DNA of 64,000 nucleotides from Nanobdellota archaeon (GCA_042571645.1 JBHPFW010000004.1:20430-84429), one strand, 5' to 3'. Positions 35,968 through 45,352 are shown, numbered from the stretch's first letter. Notes: generated by a model from the sequence alone, not told the origin. Made by a program: numbers and translations.

Positions 35968-37241
35968 AGATGATTAAAACAATAAAATCAGACAACAACA
36001 AAGAGATTGAAGCTCTCAAAGAAAGAAAATCTGATTTAACTAGTGCAATCAAGATAGTTCAACCTATAATCAATGATGTCAAAAAGAACAAAGACAAGGC
36101 ATTAAAGAAATATGCAAAGAAGTTTGACAAAATTTCTCTCACCAAGATTGAAATTTCCAGAAGTAAAATTAAAGCAGCTTATAAGAAAGTAGATAAGAAA
36201 ATAATAACTGCACTAAAGCAAGCTGCAAAAAATATTGAAAAATACCACGAACTGCAGATGCCGAAAGAGTGGATGAAAGAAATCTCACCAGGAGTAAAAG
36301 CAGGAATTATTGTCAGGCCTCTTGAGAGTGTTGGTTGTTATGTTCCTGGGGGCAAATATCCTTTAATTTCATCTGTGTTAATGAATGCTTTGCCAGCAAA
36401 AGTGGCAGGAGTAAAAAATATCATAATATGCACGCCTAATCCAGTAGATGAAATACTAGCAGCAGCAGATATTGCTGGAGTTAGCAAAGTATTCCAAATT
36501 GGAGGAGCCCAGGCAATAGCAGCAATGGCTTATGGTACGGAAACTATTCCGAAAACAAATAAGATTGTCGGTCCTGGAAATGTTTTTGTAACAGCAGCAA
36601 AAAAACTAGTCTATGGGGATGTTGGTGTGGATTTTATTGCAGGACCGAGTGAAATATTAATAATAGCAGACAAAAACTCAGATCCTGAATTTATTGCAGC
36701 AGATATGTTAAGCCAAGCAGAGCATGATGAAGTTTCAGCGTCAATATTAATAACTCCTGCAAAGGAAATCCCTGGAAAGGTAAATAAGGAATTAAAGAAA
36801 CAATTAGCTAATCTATCAACAAAAAGAATTGCAGGTACTGCTCTAAAGAATAATGGAATAATTATACTTACTAAGGATATTGATGAATCTGTTAAAATCT
36901 CAAATAATATTGCACCAGAACACTTGGAGATAATGATTGATGATGAAAATACTCAGAAGAAAATATTGAAAAGGATAAATAATGCAGGTGCAGTCTTTGT
37001 CGGCAGTTACAGTGTAGAGGCAGCAGGAGACTATGCTTCTGGACCAAACCATGTACTGCCAACAGGCGGATTTGCAAAAGCAAGAGCAGGGCTAAGTATT
37101 GTGGATTTCATAAAAACACCAACAATACAAAAACTAAGCAAGCCAGGCTTAAAAGCTTTAGAAAAAACAATAACAACTATAGCAGAAGCAGAAGGCCTAA
37201 TAGCGCACTCAAACTCTGCCAAAATAAGATTCAAAAAATAG
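35964..37241 (+). CDS. hisD: histidinol dehydrogenase
   Basis: Motifs GPGNVFVTAAK, SQAEHD and IAPEHLE. Confidence 0.9.
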   Translation: MKMIKTIKSDNNKEIEALKERKSDLTSAIKIVQPIINDVKKNKDKALKKYAKKFDKISLTKIEISRSKIKAAYKKVDKKIITALKQAAKNIEKYHELQMPKEWMKEISPGVKAGIIVRPLESVGCYVPGGKYPLISSVLMNALPAKVAGVKNIIICTPNPVDEILAAADIAGVSKVFQIGGAQAIAAMAYGTETIPKTNKIVGPGNVFVTAAKKLVYGDVGVDFIAGPSEILIIADKNSDPEFIAADMLSQAEHDEVSASILITPAKEIPGKVNKELKKQLANLSTKRIAGTALKNNGIIILTKDIDESVKISNNIAPEHLEIMIDDENTQKKILKRINNAGAVFVGSYSVEAAGDYASGPNHVLPTGGFAKARAGLSIVDFIKTPTIQKLSKPGLKALEKTITTIAEAEGLIAHSNSAKIRFKK

Positions 37242-37262
37242 AGATAAAATAAGGAGATAACC

Positions 37263-38984
37263 ATGATAAAACCAAAGAGAACAGTACAAAAAATGAGGTC
37301 TTATGTCCCTCCAAAAGAAGAGAGAGAAAAATATATGCGGCTTGATTTCAATGAGAGCACTATAGGTGCCAGCCCCAAAGTAATTGAAGCTATACAAAAT
37401 ATATCTGCAGAAGAAATAGCCACTTATCCTGAATATAATGACTTTATTAAGCAGCTTGCAAAATTTGCTAAAGTTAAACAAAATGAAGTGTTAGCAACAA
37501 ACGGCAGTGATGAGGCAATAAAGCTGATTATGGATACTTATTTAGAGGAAGGGGATGAAATAGTGTTGCCTGTTCCAACTTTTGACATGATTGATATTTA
37601 TGCCACAGCTGTAGGAGCAAAGGTAAATAAAATTAATTATGATGATAACTTGAATTTCCCTACCGAGAATGTATTAAAATCACTGAACTCAAAAACAAAG
37701 ATAGTTGTGTTGGTCAATCCAAATAATCCAACTGGAACATCAATTAAAAGGGAGGATATAGAAAAAATTCTCAAAAAAGCAAAAAAAGCACTTGTTTTCA
37801 TTGATGAAGCATATTATCCTTTTTCTAAACAAACTGCAATTGATTTAATAAAAAATTATGATAACCTGATAATAGCAAGAACATTTTCAAAAGCATTTGG
37901 TTTAGCAGGGTTAAGAGTAGGGTTTTTGGTTTCAGCATCTGTAAACATAGAGAACATGGAAAAAGTTCTCTCTCCATACAGTGTAAACAGGGTAGCAGTA
38001 ATTGCAGCAGTAGCAACTCTTCAGGATATCCAGTATGTTGAGAATTATGCAGATGAAGTCAGGGTCTCAAAAGAACTTTTGTATGAATTCCTGGAAAGCA
38101 AAGGCATCGACTATTGGAATAGTGCAGCCAACTTTGTATTGGCTAATTTTGGCAAGGACTGTGATAAAACCGAGAAAAAACTTAAGGCAAATGGAATACT
38201 TGTCAGAAGCAGAACAAATGATGTTATGCTGGAAGGTTGTCTTAGAATTACTGTTGGTACAAAAGCACAGACAAAACAACTCATTGCAATACTTGAATCA
38301 ATAAAAGAAGGAAAAAAGAAAGGCTTAATATTTGACATGGATGGAGTTCTCGTTGATGTGAGAGAGTCATATAGGGAGAGTATAAAGAAAACAGCAGAAT
38401 TTTTCTTAGGGAGACTAATAGAAATGGAAGTAGTAGAAGAGATAAAAAACAAGCCAGGATATAATGATGATTATGATGCTGTTGAGGGAATTCTTGAGAA
38501 GGAGGAACGCTTTATAGAAAGGGATAATGTAGTAAAGAAGTTTCAGGAGTATTATCTTGGCAGGAACTTCTGCGGATTTGTAAGAAATGAGAAGCCGCTA
38601 ATAACCGAGGACAGACTAAAAAAACTCAGAACAAGATTTAAGCTAGGCATTGTTACCGGCAGAAACAGAATGGAAGCTAAATACGCTTTGGAAATGTTTG
38701 GTTTGTCGCAGTATTTTGATGCAATAATAACCAGGGATGATGTTGTTAATCCAAAACCAGATCCTGAAGGTTTAGTGAAAGCAATGGAAAAATTAAAAGT
38801 TACAGAAGCAGTTTATGTGGGAGACAATATCGATGATGCTGCAGCTGCAAAAACTGCAAAAGTAGATTTTTTGGGTGTTATTGCGCCAGGAACAGATCCA
38901 AAAAAATCAACTAGAGCATTAAAAAGTAAAGGTGCCAAAAAAATAATTGAAAGTATGGATAAACTTGAAGAGGGATTAGTATGA
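37263..38984 (+). CDS. hisC: histidinol-phosphate aminotransferase fused to a C-terminal HAD phosphatase domain
   Basis: The aminotransferase part has NPNNPTG and RTFSKAFGLAGLRVGF. From about aa 355 the HAD motifs appear: GLIFDMDGVLVD, VTGRNR, KPDPEG and VGDNIDD. Confidence 0.85.
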   Translation: MIKPKRTVQKMRSYVPPKEEREKYMRLDFNESTIGASPKVIEAIQNISAEEIATYPEYNDFIKQLAKFAKVKQNEVLATNGSDEAIKLIMDTYLEEGDEIVLPVPTFDMIDIYATAVGAKVNKINYDDNLNFPTENVLKSLNSKTKIVVLVNPNNPTGTSIKREDIEKILKKAKKALVFIDEAYYPFSKQTAIDLIKNYDNLIIARTFSKAFGLAGLRVGFLVSASVNIENMEKVLSPYSVNRVAVIAAVATLQDIQYVENYADEVRVSKELLYEFLESKGIDYWNSAANFVLANFGKDCDKTEKKLKANGILVRSRTNDVMLEGCLRITVGTKAQTKQLIAILESIKEGKKKGLIFDMDGVLVDVRESYRESIKKTAEFFLGRLIEMEVVEEIKNKPGYNDDYDAVEGILEKEERFIERDNVVKKFQEYYLGRNFCGFVRNEKPLITEDRLKKLRTRFKLGIVTGRNRMEAKYALEMFGLSQYFDAIITRDDVVNPKPDPEGLVKAMEKLKVTEAVYVGDNIDDAAAAKTAKVDFLGVIAPGTDPKKSTRALKSKGAKKIIESMDKLEEGLV

Positions 38985-39577
38985 AACAAAAAAGAACCTC
39001 TAAAATCGAGAGAAAAACAAATGAAACCAGCATTAAGATCAAGCTAAATATTGATGGCAAGGGAAAGTACAAAATTTCAACAGGAATAGGATTTCTGGAT
39101 CATATGCTGGAGACTTTTGCAAAACATGGATTGTTTGATCTTGAAATCCAGGCAAAAGGAGACTTACATGTTGACCAGCATCACTTAGTTGAGGATTTAG
39201 GCATTGTAATTGGGGAGGCGTTTGCTAATGCTTTAGGAAACAAAAAAGGAATAAATAGAACAGGATATTTTGTTTTTCCAATGGATGAGGCATTAGCTAT
39301 TGCCGCAGTTGACATAGCTAATAGGCCTTTTTTGGGTTATGATGTCAAGATAAAAAAGAAAAAATTAGGTGAATTAGAACTAGATACTTTGCCAAGTTTT
39401 TTTGAAGGGTTTGTAGATAATGCAAGAGTAAATGTTCATTTGCACATACCTTATGGCCGAGATGCACATCATATGATAGAGGCAATGTTCAAGGCATTAG
39501 CAAAAGCAATGAAAATGGCTTGCAGCACAGATCCTCGGCAGAAAGGAAAGATTCCAAGTACAAAAGGGAAGATTTAG
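38981..39577 (+). CDS. hisB: imidazoleglycerol-phosphate dehydratase (monofunctional)
   Basis: Motifs RKTNETSI, GIGFLDHML, HHLVED and HHMIEA. Confidence 0.9.
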   Translation: MKQKRTSKIERKTNETSIKIKLNIDGKGKYKISTGIGFLDHMLETFAKHGLFDLEIQAKGDLHVDQHHLVEDLGIVIGEAFANALGNKKGINRTGYFVFPMDEALAIAAVDIANRPFLGYDVKIKKKKLGELELDTLPSFFEGFVDNARVNVHLHIPYGRDAHHMIEAMFKALAKAMKMACSTDPRQKGKIPSTKGKI

Positions 39578-39588
39578 GGTAAAGATGA

Positions 39589-40188
39589 ATGAAAGTAGCT
39601 ATTGTAGATTACGGTGCTGGCAACTTAAAGTCAGTTAGTAAGGCATTAGATTTTCTTAAAGTGGAGAATATTATAACAGACAAACCAGAAGATATTCTTG
39701 AAGCTGACAAAATTATTCTGCCTGGTGTGGGTAATTTTGGAGATACAATGAAACAGCTCAAACAAAAGAATCTTATTGAGCCGATAAAGCAGGCAATTGA
39801 GTCTGGGAAGTCATATCTTGGAATTTGTTTGGGTTTGCAAATTCTCTTTGAAAAAAGCCAGGAAAGTTCTGAACTAGGTTTAGGAATATTCAAGGGAAAA
39901 GTTGTTAAATTCAATTCTGACAAACTCAAAATACCGCAGATTGGATGGAATAATATCAATATTAAGAAAGAATCAAAATTATTCGATGGAATTGATAAAG
40001 GTTATTTTTATTTTGTGCATTCATATTATGTTGTTCCAGAGGATAAAGACATAATCCTGACTACAACTGATTATGGTGGGGAGTTTGTTTCGGGGATTGA
40101 AAAAAATAATATTTATGCTGTTCAATTTCACCCTGAAAAGTCTGGTAAAGTAGGATTAAGATTACTAAGAAATTTTATTGAGCTATAA
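39589..40188 (+). CDS. hisH: imidazole glycerol phosphate synthase, glutaminase subunit
   Basis: Motifs VAIVDYGAGNL, LGICLG and VQFHPEKS. Confidence 0.9.
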   Translation: MKVAIVDYGAGNLKSVSKALDFLKVENIITDKPEDILEADKIILPGVGNFGDTMKQLKQKNLIEPIKQAIESGKSYLGICLGLQILFEKSQESSELGLGIFKGKVVKFNSDKLKIPQIGWNNINIKKESKLFDGIDKGYFYFVHSYYVVPEDKDIILTTTDYGGEFVSGIEKNNIYAVQFHPEKSGKVGLRLLRNFIEL

Positions 40189-40189
40189 A

Positions 40190-40795
40190 ATGATAAAAGC
40201 AGTAATTTTTGATATGGATGGTGTACTTACTGATTCATTTTATGCATGGTATAAAACAATAAATTATACCTCAGAAAATTTTGGGTTTGGGTCAATATCA
40301 GAAGAAAAATTCAAGAAAACATTTGGCCAATCAATTGAAACAGATGCCAAAGAACTAATGCAGGGTAAAACAGCTGAAGAAGTTGGCAAAGCTTACAGTG
40401 AAAAATTTCCAGATTTCATAACAGAAGTTAGACTAATAGATAATGCAAAAGAAACACTTAATACTCTTAATGAAAAAGGAATTAAATTAGCTATAGTCAC
40501 AAATGCAATGAGGGATGTGACAGAAAAAATACTAAAAGCAAAAGAAATAAGGGATTATTTTGAAGTAATTGTCGGGGGAGATGAGGTAAGTAATGCCAAA
40601 CCAGATCCAGAGCCTTTAAATAAAGTTTTGGAATTGCTTAATGTTTCAAAAGAAGAAGCAGTTTTTATCGGAGATACCATTTTTGATGTTCAAGCAGGAA
40701 AAAGTGCAAATATTTTTACAATTGGTTATAAAATTAATGCTGATACAAAAATTGATGATTTAATAAATATAATTAATATAATTGATGAAAAATAA
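40190..40795 (+). CDS. HAD-superfamily phosphatase (beta-PGM/PGP-like) embedded in the his operon
   Basis: Motifs MIKAVIFDMDGVLTDS, VTNA, KPDPEP and IGDTIFD. ATG 40190 lies 1 nt after the hisH stop. The track start at 40178 is a TTG. Confidence 0.8.
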   Translation: MIKAVIFDMDGVLTDSFYAWYKTINYTSENFGFGSISEEKFKKTFGQSIETDAKELMQGKTAEEVGKAYSEKFPDFITEVRLIDNAKETLNTLNEKGIKLAIVTNAMRDVTEKILKAKEIRDYFEVIVGGDEVSNAKPDPEPLNKVLELLNVSKEEAVFIGDTIFDVQAGKSANIFTIGYKINADTKIDDLINIINIIDEK

Positions 40796-40844
40796 AAAGG
40801 ATAATAAAAAAGAATTTGACAGAAATAATTAGAGAGATAATAAA

Positions 40845-41603
40845 ATGCTAGCAAAAAGAATTATTCCCTGTATGGATGTTGACAAAGGCAGAGTAGTCAA
40901 AGGAACAAAATTTGTCAATATTAGAGATGCGGGTGATCCTGTAGAGCTTGCAAAGGAATATGATAAGCAGAATGCTGATGAATTGGTTTTCTTAGATATA
41001 ACTGCAAGCCATGAACAACGTGACATAATGGTTGATGTAGTTAAGGCAGTTGCGCAGCAGGTATTTATTCCATTCATTGTAGGTGGCGGAATCAGAAACA
41101 CAGATGATATGAGAAAAATGTTGAATGCTGGGGCAGATAAAGTTGCAGTTAATACTGCTGCAGTTGAACGGCCAGAACTAATTAAGGAAGGTGCAGAAAA
41201 GTTTGGCAGTCAATGTATTGTAGTTGCAATAGATGCAAAGAAAATTGCAGAAGGGAAGTGGGAAGTTTATACTCATGGTGGTAGAACTCCTACTGGAATT
41301 GATGCAGTAGAGTGGGCAAAAAAGGTTGAGAAACTTGGTGCTGGAGAGATATTGCTCACATCAATGGACAGAGACGGCACAAAGGATGGATTTGAGCTTG
41401 ATCTTACAAAAGCAATAAGTGATGCTGTAGGAATACCAATAATTGCTTCAGGTGGTGTCGGGAATAAGGAACATTTTGCAGAAGCCTTTAAAGAAGGAAA
41501 TGCAGATGCAGCTTTGGCAGCTTCAGTATTCCACTATAAAGAACTTACTGTCAAGCAAGTTAAAGATTACCTCAAGGGAAAAAAGATTCCTGTAAGAGAG
41601 TGA
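40845..41603 (+). CDS. hisF: imidazole glycerol phosphate synthase, cyclase subunit
   Basis: Motifs [21 protein letters not shown] and GGGIR. Confidence 0.9.
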   Translation: MLAKRIIPCMDVDKGRVVKGTKFVNIRDAGDPVELAKEYDKQNADELVFLDITASHEQRDIMVDVVKAVAQQVFIPFIVGGGIRNTDDMRKMLNAGADKVAVNTAAVERPELIKEGAEKFGSQCIVVAIDAKKIAEGKWEVYTHGGRTPTGIDAVEWAKKVEKLGAGEILLTSMDRDGTKDGFELDLTKAISDAVGIPIIASGGVGNKEHFAEAFKEGNADAALAASVFHYKELTVKQVKDYLKGKKIPVRE

Positions 41604-41614
41604 TGTAAGTCAAA

Positions 41615-42394
41615 ATGAGAAAGAGAGTACTTGTGCTGGATTTTGATGGGGTTATTGCAGACAGCAGATATGAGGGATTTTTGACAGCGCAGATCACATA
41701 TAATAAGTTTTTTGCAAATGGTGTTTTTAGTAATAAAGAATTAAGTTTCAAGAATTATATAAAGAATCTCAATAAAAACCAGAAAATAAAAAATAAGCTG
41801 ATCAAATTAAGGAATTACCTTGAGGAAGGCCATGATTGGTTAGTTATGATTAAGATAATTAATAGTAATATTAACATCAGAAATTTTGAGGAATTCAAGG
41901 AGTATAAGAAAAAAGTTCCTCATGATAAGAAATTACACCAGGCATTTAGAAAAACCAGAAGAGATTTCATAAAAAATCATTTTAATCAATGGGCAAGTCT
42001 TACTCCACTGTTCGAGTTTGGGGAAAAACTGCCTGAATTGGAAAAATATTTTGATATTTATGTTTCAACCAAAAACACAACTGATACAGTTGTTAAGGTT
42101 TTGAAGAAGAGCAAAATATCAATTCATCCTCACTGCATTTATGATGCAAAAAATGGCAAAAATAAGGCTGAACAAATAAAAAAGATAAAAGCAAAAACAG
42201 GATCTGCTTATAAAGACATAATTTTTATTGATGATCAAGTGACTCATTTGCTTAAGGCAAAAAACCTTGGAATAAAATGTTGCTTGCCATTGTGGGGTTA
42301 TGTTAATAAAAAGCAGATAGAGAATGCAAAGAAAAGCAGGTTTTTGTTGCTTAAGGAAAAAAATGCAGTTAATCAATTGCTGGATATAAGATGA
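41615..42394 (+). CDS. HAD-like hydrolase (divergent) embedded in the his operon
   Basis: VLVLDFDGVIADS (motif I), STKN (motif II) and IIFIDDQ (motif IV). Confidence 0.6.
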   Translation: MRKRVLVLDFDGVIADSRYEGFLTAQITYNKFFANGVFSNKELSFKNYIKNLNKNQKIKNKLIKLRNYLEEGHDWLVMIKIINSNINIRNFEEFKEYKKKVPHDKKLHQAFRKTRRDFIKNHFNQWASLTPLFEFGEKLPELEKYFDIYVSTKNTTDTVVKVLKKSKISIHPHCIYDAKNGKNKAEQIKKIKAKTGSAYKDIIFIDDQVTHLLKAKNLGIKCCLPLWGYVNKKQIENAKKSRFLLLKEKNAVNQLLDIR

Positions 42395-43122
42395 AGACAA
42401 GAGTAAGGGTAAAAATTGGCAATCATCATCTTTTGATAGGTATGATTCTATGTTTAGCAGCTTTTATTTTTATTATATTCATGATTGATAGCATTCGAAT
42501 TATCATGCTGTTTTCATTTTTGCTTATACCTGCATTTTTGCTTATGGCCTATTACTTTTATCTTAATCTGACTTTGGATGAGAGAACAGAAAAAATAGCT
42601 ATTACAATGGGAAGACTTGAGGAAAATCTTGATGAGATAAGAATAATGAAGGAAAAATACTATAGTAATCCTTATCTTCATGTTCTAAGAAGACTTTCCA
42701 CTGTTTACATCTATCTAAAGGATTACATATATCATGATCTTAAAGAAGATTTGAGTGTATTGATTGAAGAGGATAAGAAGATATATACTCCTAAAGAAAA
42801 AAACAAGATCATGGCAAAACTTGGTGAGATTGAAAAGGATGTTGAGCATTTTAGAAAGCATCTATTTGTTCCTTACAATCACCTGAATGCTTTAGAAAAT
42901 GAGATTGAGAATCTAAAGAAGAATAAAAACAATACAGATGCAGAAATAAGACTGCTTAGGTTTTCAGAGGACAAGATAATCGGTCTAAAAATGATTTCCA
43001 ATGATTTCATAGCTGAGGAAGAAGAATTCATAAAGACCGAAGAAGCAAAAGAGGAAAAATTAAAAACCCCTACGAAACCAATAAGATCACAAACAGGAGA
43101 TACATGGTTGTTCAGATATTGA
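42391..43122 (+). CDS. membrane-anchored coiled-coil protein, function unknown
   Basis: Two N-terminal TM helices followed by a charged helical region. ATGA overlap with the upstream HAD gene. Confidence 0.55.
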   Translation: MKTRVRVKIGNHHLLIGMILCLAAFIFIIFMIDSIRIIMLFSFLLIPAFLLMAYYFYLNLTLDERTEKIAITMGRLEENLDEIRIMKEKYYSNPYLHVLRRLSTVYIYLKDYIYHDLKEDLSVLIEEDKKIYTPKEKNKIMAKLGEIEKDVEHFRKHLFVPYNHLNALENEIENLKKNKNNTDAEIRLLRFSEDKIIGLKMISNDFIAEEEEFIKTEEAKEEKLKTPTKPIRSQTGDTWLFRY

Positions 43123-43127
43123 ATTGC

Positions 43128-43286
43128 TTTTTTGCAGAGTGCGGCACTGTCAATTTGCGAGGATACTGAAAAAACAAAATGAAATGAGGCCAGGGGGAAG
43201 CCCCCTACGGGGATGGCCGTTTATGAGATAATATTTGCAACAGACGAGCCCGACAGTGCCCGAGCAAAGCGAGTCTCTGCAAAAAA
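43128..43286 (+). ncRNA. GC-rich structured intergenic element of unknown class (candidate ncRNA or cis-regulatory RNA)
   Basis: 12 bp outer stem TTTTTTGCAGAG / CTCTGCAAAAAA (43128-39 / 43275-86). 9 bp stem GGCACTGTC / GACAGTGCC (43143-51 / 43252-60). Internal hairpin GGCCA-GGGGG-AAG-CCCCC-TACGGGGA-TGGCC (43188-43218). The strand is assumed from the operon context. Confidence 0.35.
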
Positions 43287-43302
43287 GTGGAGATATAATA
43301 AA

Positions 43303-44010
43303 ATGATAATACCCAGCATAGATTTAATGGATGGAAACGCAGTACAATTAGTTCAGGGTAATCCTGACAATAAAAAGATAGAATTAGATGATGTTAAAGG
43401 ATTGGCTTTCAGGTTCAGCCAAATAGGGCCAATAAATGTAATTGATTTAGATGCTGCACTTGGCAGAGGGAATAATAAGGATATTGTAAAAGACTTAGCC
43501 AAGGAAAACGAAATAAGAGTTGGTGGCGGAGTTCGTGAGATTAGTGTTGCTCAGGAATATGTAGATGCAGGTGTTAAGAAAGTCATTATTGGTTCAAGGG
43601 CATTTCAGAATGGCGGGATTGATAAGGAATTCCTTAATGAATTAAAGGAAACTATTGGAAAAGATAAAATAATTATTGCAATAGACTCAAAAGCTGGAAA
43701 AGTTGTTATTAAAGGCTGGACTGAGTCAACGGGATTAGATGCAAAGGAAATTGTTAAGGAACTTGAAGAATATTGCTCAGAGTTTTTGTATACTTATGTT
43801 GACAAAGAAGGTATGATGCAAGGCACAGATATTGAAACATTAAAAGAGCTTAAGGAATTGACTGATAATGAAATAACTGCTGCTGGCGGAATAAGTTCTA
43901 TTGAAGAAATTAAGCAGTTGGAAGAGATTGGAGTAAATAGTGTGCTTGGAATGGCCTTATACACCGGAAAGATTAAATATGAAGAGCTTTTAGAGTTGAG
44001 TAAGAAATAG
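43303..44010 (+). CDS. hisA: ProFAR isomerase
   Basis: MIIPSIDLMDGNAVQLVQG is the canonical HisA N-terminus. The track's 30-codon extension (43213) runs through the palindromic GC-rich element. Confidence 0.9.
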   Translation: MIIPSIDLMDGNAVQLVQGNPDNKKIELDDVKGLAFRFSQIGPINVIDLDAALGRGNNKDIVKDLAKENEIRVGGGVREISVAQEYVDAGVKKVIIGSRAFQNGGIDKEFLNELKETIGKDKIIIAIDSKAGKVVIKGWTESTGLDAKEIVKELEEYCSEFLYTYVDKEGMMQGTDIETLKELKELTDNEITAAGGISSIEEIKQLEEIGVNSVLGMALYTGKIKYEELLELSKK

Positions 44011-44030
44011 ATTTATTTATCTTAATCTAA

Positions 44031-44579
44031 TTAATCTTCTTCAGTTGGCTTTTTTAATAATCTTTGAATTCCAGGTGGTTCTGGAATTTGATTGTTACTA
44101 TAACCATTTTCTGTAGAATTAGCTGGAGTAATATCAATTATATTTCTTAAAGGATCTGGACGATAATCTCCCATTGATGGAGGTAAAAATTGATTAAGAA
44201 GTTCTGGTGTCATCTGGGAAGGATCAACAAGAATTGGTCCTATAACATAAATTTCAGCATGAAAACCAGGACATTCTATTTCTGCGTGTAGTGCTTCAAC
44301 TTGAGGCTCATAAATTTCTGCGTGTGGTGCTTCATCTTGAAGATCATAAACTGGATTATCAGTTACTCCTGCAAGTCTTTTTGCAGTATCTGATCTTTCA
44401 GCTAGTGCTTGTTTTAATGATTCAGCAGAAGAATAATTAGGAGTTCCAGAAGAAGATTGAGAAAGTTTGGTTGTAGAGCTAGATTTAGAATCAGGTGTTG
44501 TTCTGTTAGCAATATAGTTTGCAAGTATAGCAGCACCTAGAAGAGCTGCATAGGGTATAAGATCTGATAATTCATCCAT
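44031..44579 (-). CDS. membrane-anchored protein with an S/T-rich linker and HAEI(Y/E) repeats (hypothetical)
   Basis: The N-terminal TM is IPYAALLGAAILANYIA. A 36 nt tandem repeat occupies 44278-44349. Confidence 0.5.
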   Translation of the reverse strand: MDELSDLIPYAALLGAAILANYIANRTTPDSKSSSTTKLSQSSSGTPNYSSAESLKQALAERSDTAKRLAGVTDNPVYDLQDEAPHAEIYEPQVEALHAEIECPGFHAEIYVIGPILVDPSQMTPELLNQFLPPSMGDYRPDPLRNIIDITPANSTENGYSNNQIPEPPGIQRLLKKPTEED

Positions 44580-44646
44580 TTATATCCCTGCTATAGGCCA
44601 TAGTTATATCTAAAAGACAAATATATAGTATTTCGTTAATTACTAG

Positions 44647-44662
44647 TATATAAATCTTTCGG
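44647..44662 (-). promoter_or_regulatory. BRE/TATA promoter box (CCGAAAGATTTATATA on the minus strand)
   Basis: One mismatch to the 25694 and 52899 boxes. Lies 68 nt upstream of ATG 44579. Confidence 0.45.
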
Positions 44663-44778
44663 TTTTTAACCACTTTCAAGTGACAATGCTGTTGTGAGGA
44701 AGTTTTTGTCAAAAAATAGAAGCATTTAAATATAATATGCACTTACTATACATCAATAATACACTAAGTTGATGTAAA

Positions 44779-45027
44779 ATGAACACAAGAGTTAATATAA
44801 ACATACCTGAGGCATTGTTTGAGAAATCTCAAGAACTAGTAAAAGCTGGGTTCTTTTCTAATTTCTCTGAGTTAGTTAGAGAAGGATTAAGAAGGGAATT
44901 AGTTGAATATGAAGACAAATTTGTTAGCAAAGATGAAAAGAAACTAATGAACTTACTAAAAACCGCTGACAAAGAAGGTGTTTTACTAGAAGAAAAAGAG
45001 ATGGAAAAACATGGACTTAAGCTTTAA
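44779..45027 (+). CDS. ribbon-helix-helix (CopG/ParD-like) antitoxin
   Basis: MNTRVNINIPEALFEKSQELVKAGFFSNFSELVREGLRREL shows the RHH pattern. Confidence 0.6.
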   Translation: MNTRVNINIPEALFEKSQELVKAGFFSNFSELVREGLRRELVEYEDKFVSKDEKKLMNLLKTADKEGVLLEEKEMEKHGLKL

Positions 45028-45313
45028 GTTTACTAAACATTTTCTTGAACAGTGGAAGAATTACGACAGTAAAACTAGAAACTTAATACAGAATAAATTA
45101 AGACTTATAAAACATAATCCTTTTAGGTTTCCTAGTCATGAAGGATATAAACTTATTTTCAAAGTAAAATTATCAATAGAAAGTAAGTATTCAAGATTAA
45201 TGTATGCTGTATTTATGCCAGACTCAAAACACATTACTATATTAGGCATATTTGAGAGAAAATCTGATTATAAAGATTTTGAAAGAATATTTGAACAATT
45301 GAGAAAGAAATGA
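45011..45313 (+). CDS. RelE/ParE-like toxin
   Basis: 100 aa and basic, with ...RLMYAVFMPDSKHITILGIFERKSDY. Overlaps the antitoxin gene by 17 nt. Confidence 0.55.
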   Translation: MDLSFKFTKHFLEQWKNYDSKTRNLIQNKLRLIKHNPFRFPSHEGYKLIFKVKLSIESKYSRLMYAVFMPDSKHITILGIFERKSDYKDFERIFEQLRKK

Positions 45314-45352
45314 CCAAAACCCTTAAATATCGGTAATCACAAAAATCATAAT

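Noticed and set aside
43213-43302. 30-codon N-terminal extension of hisA proposed by the ORF track (MAVYEIIFATDEPDSARAKRVSAKKWRYNK)
   Set aside because: HisA homologs begin at MIIPSIDL, and the extension is read through a GC-rich palindromic element. ATG 43303 is preferred.
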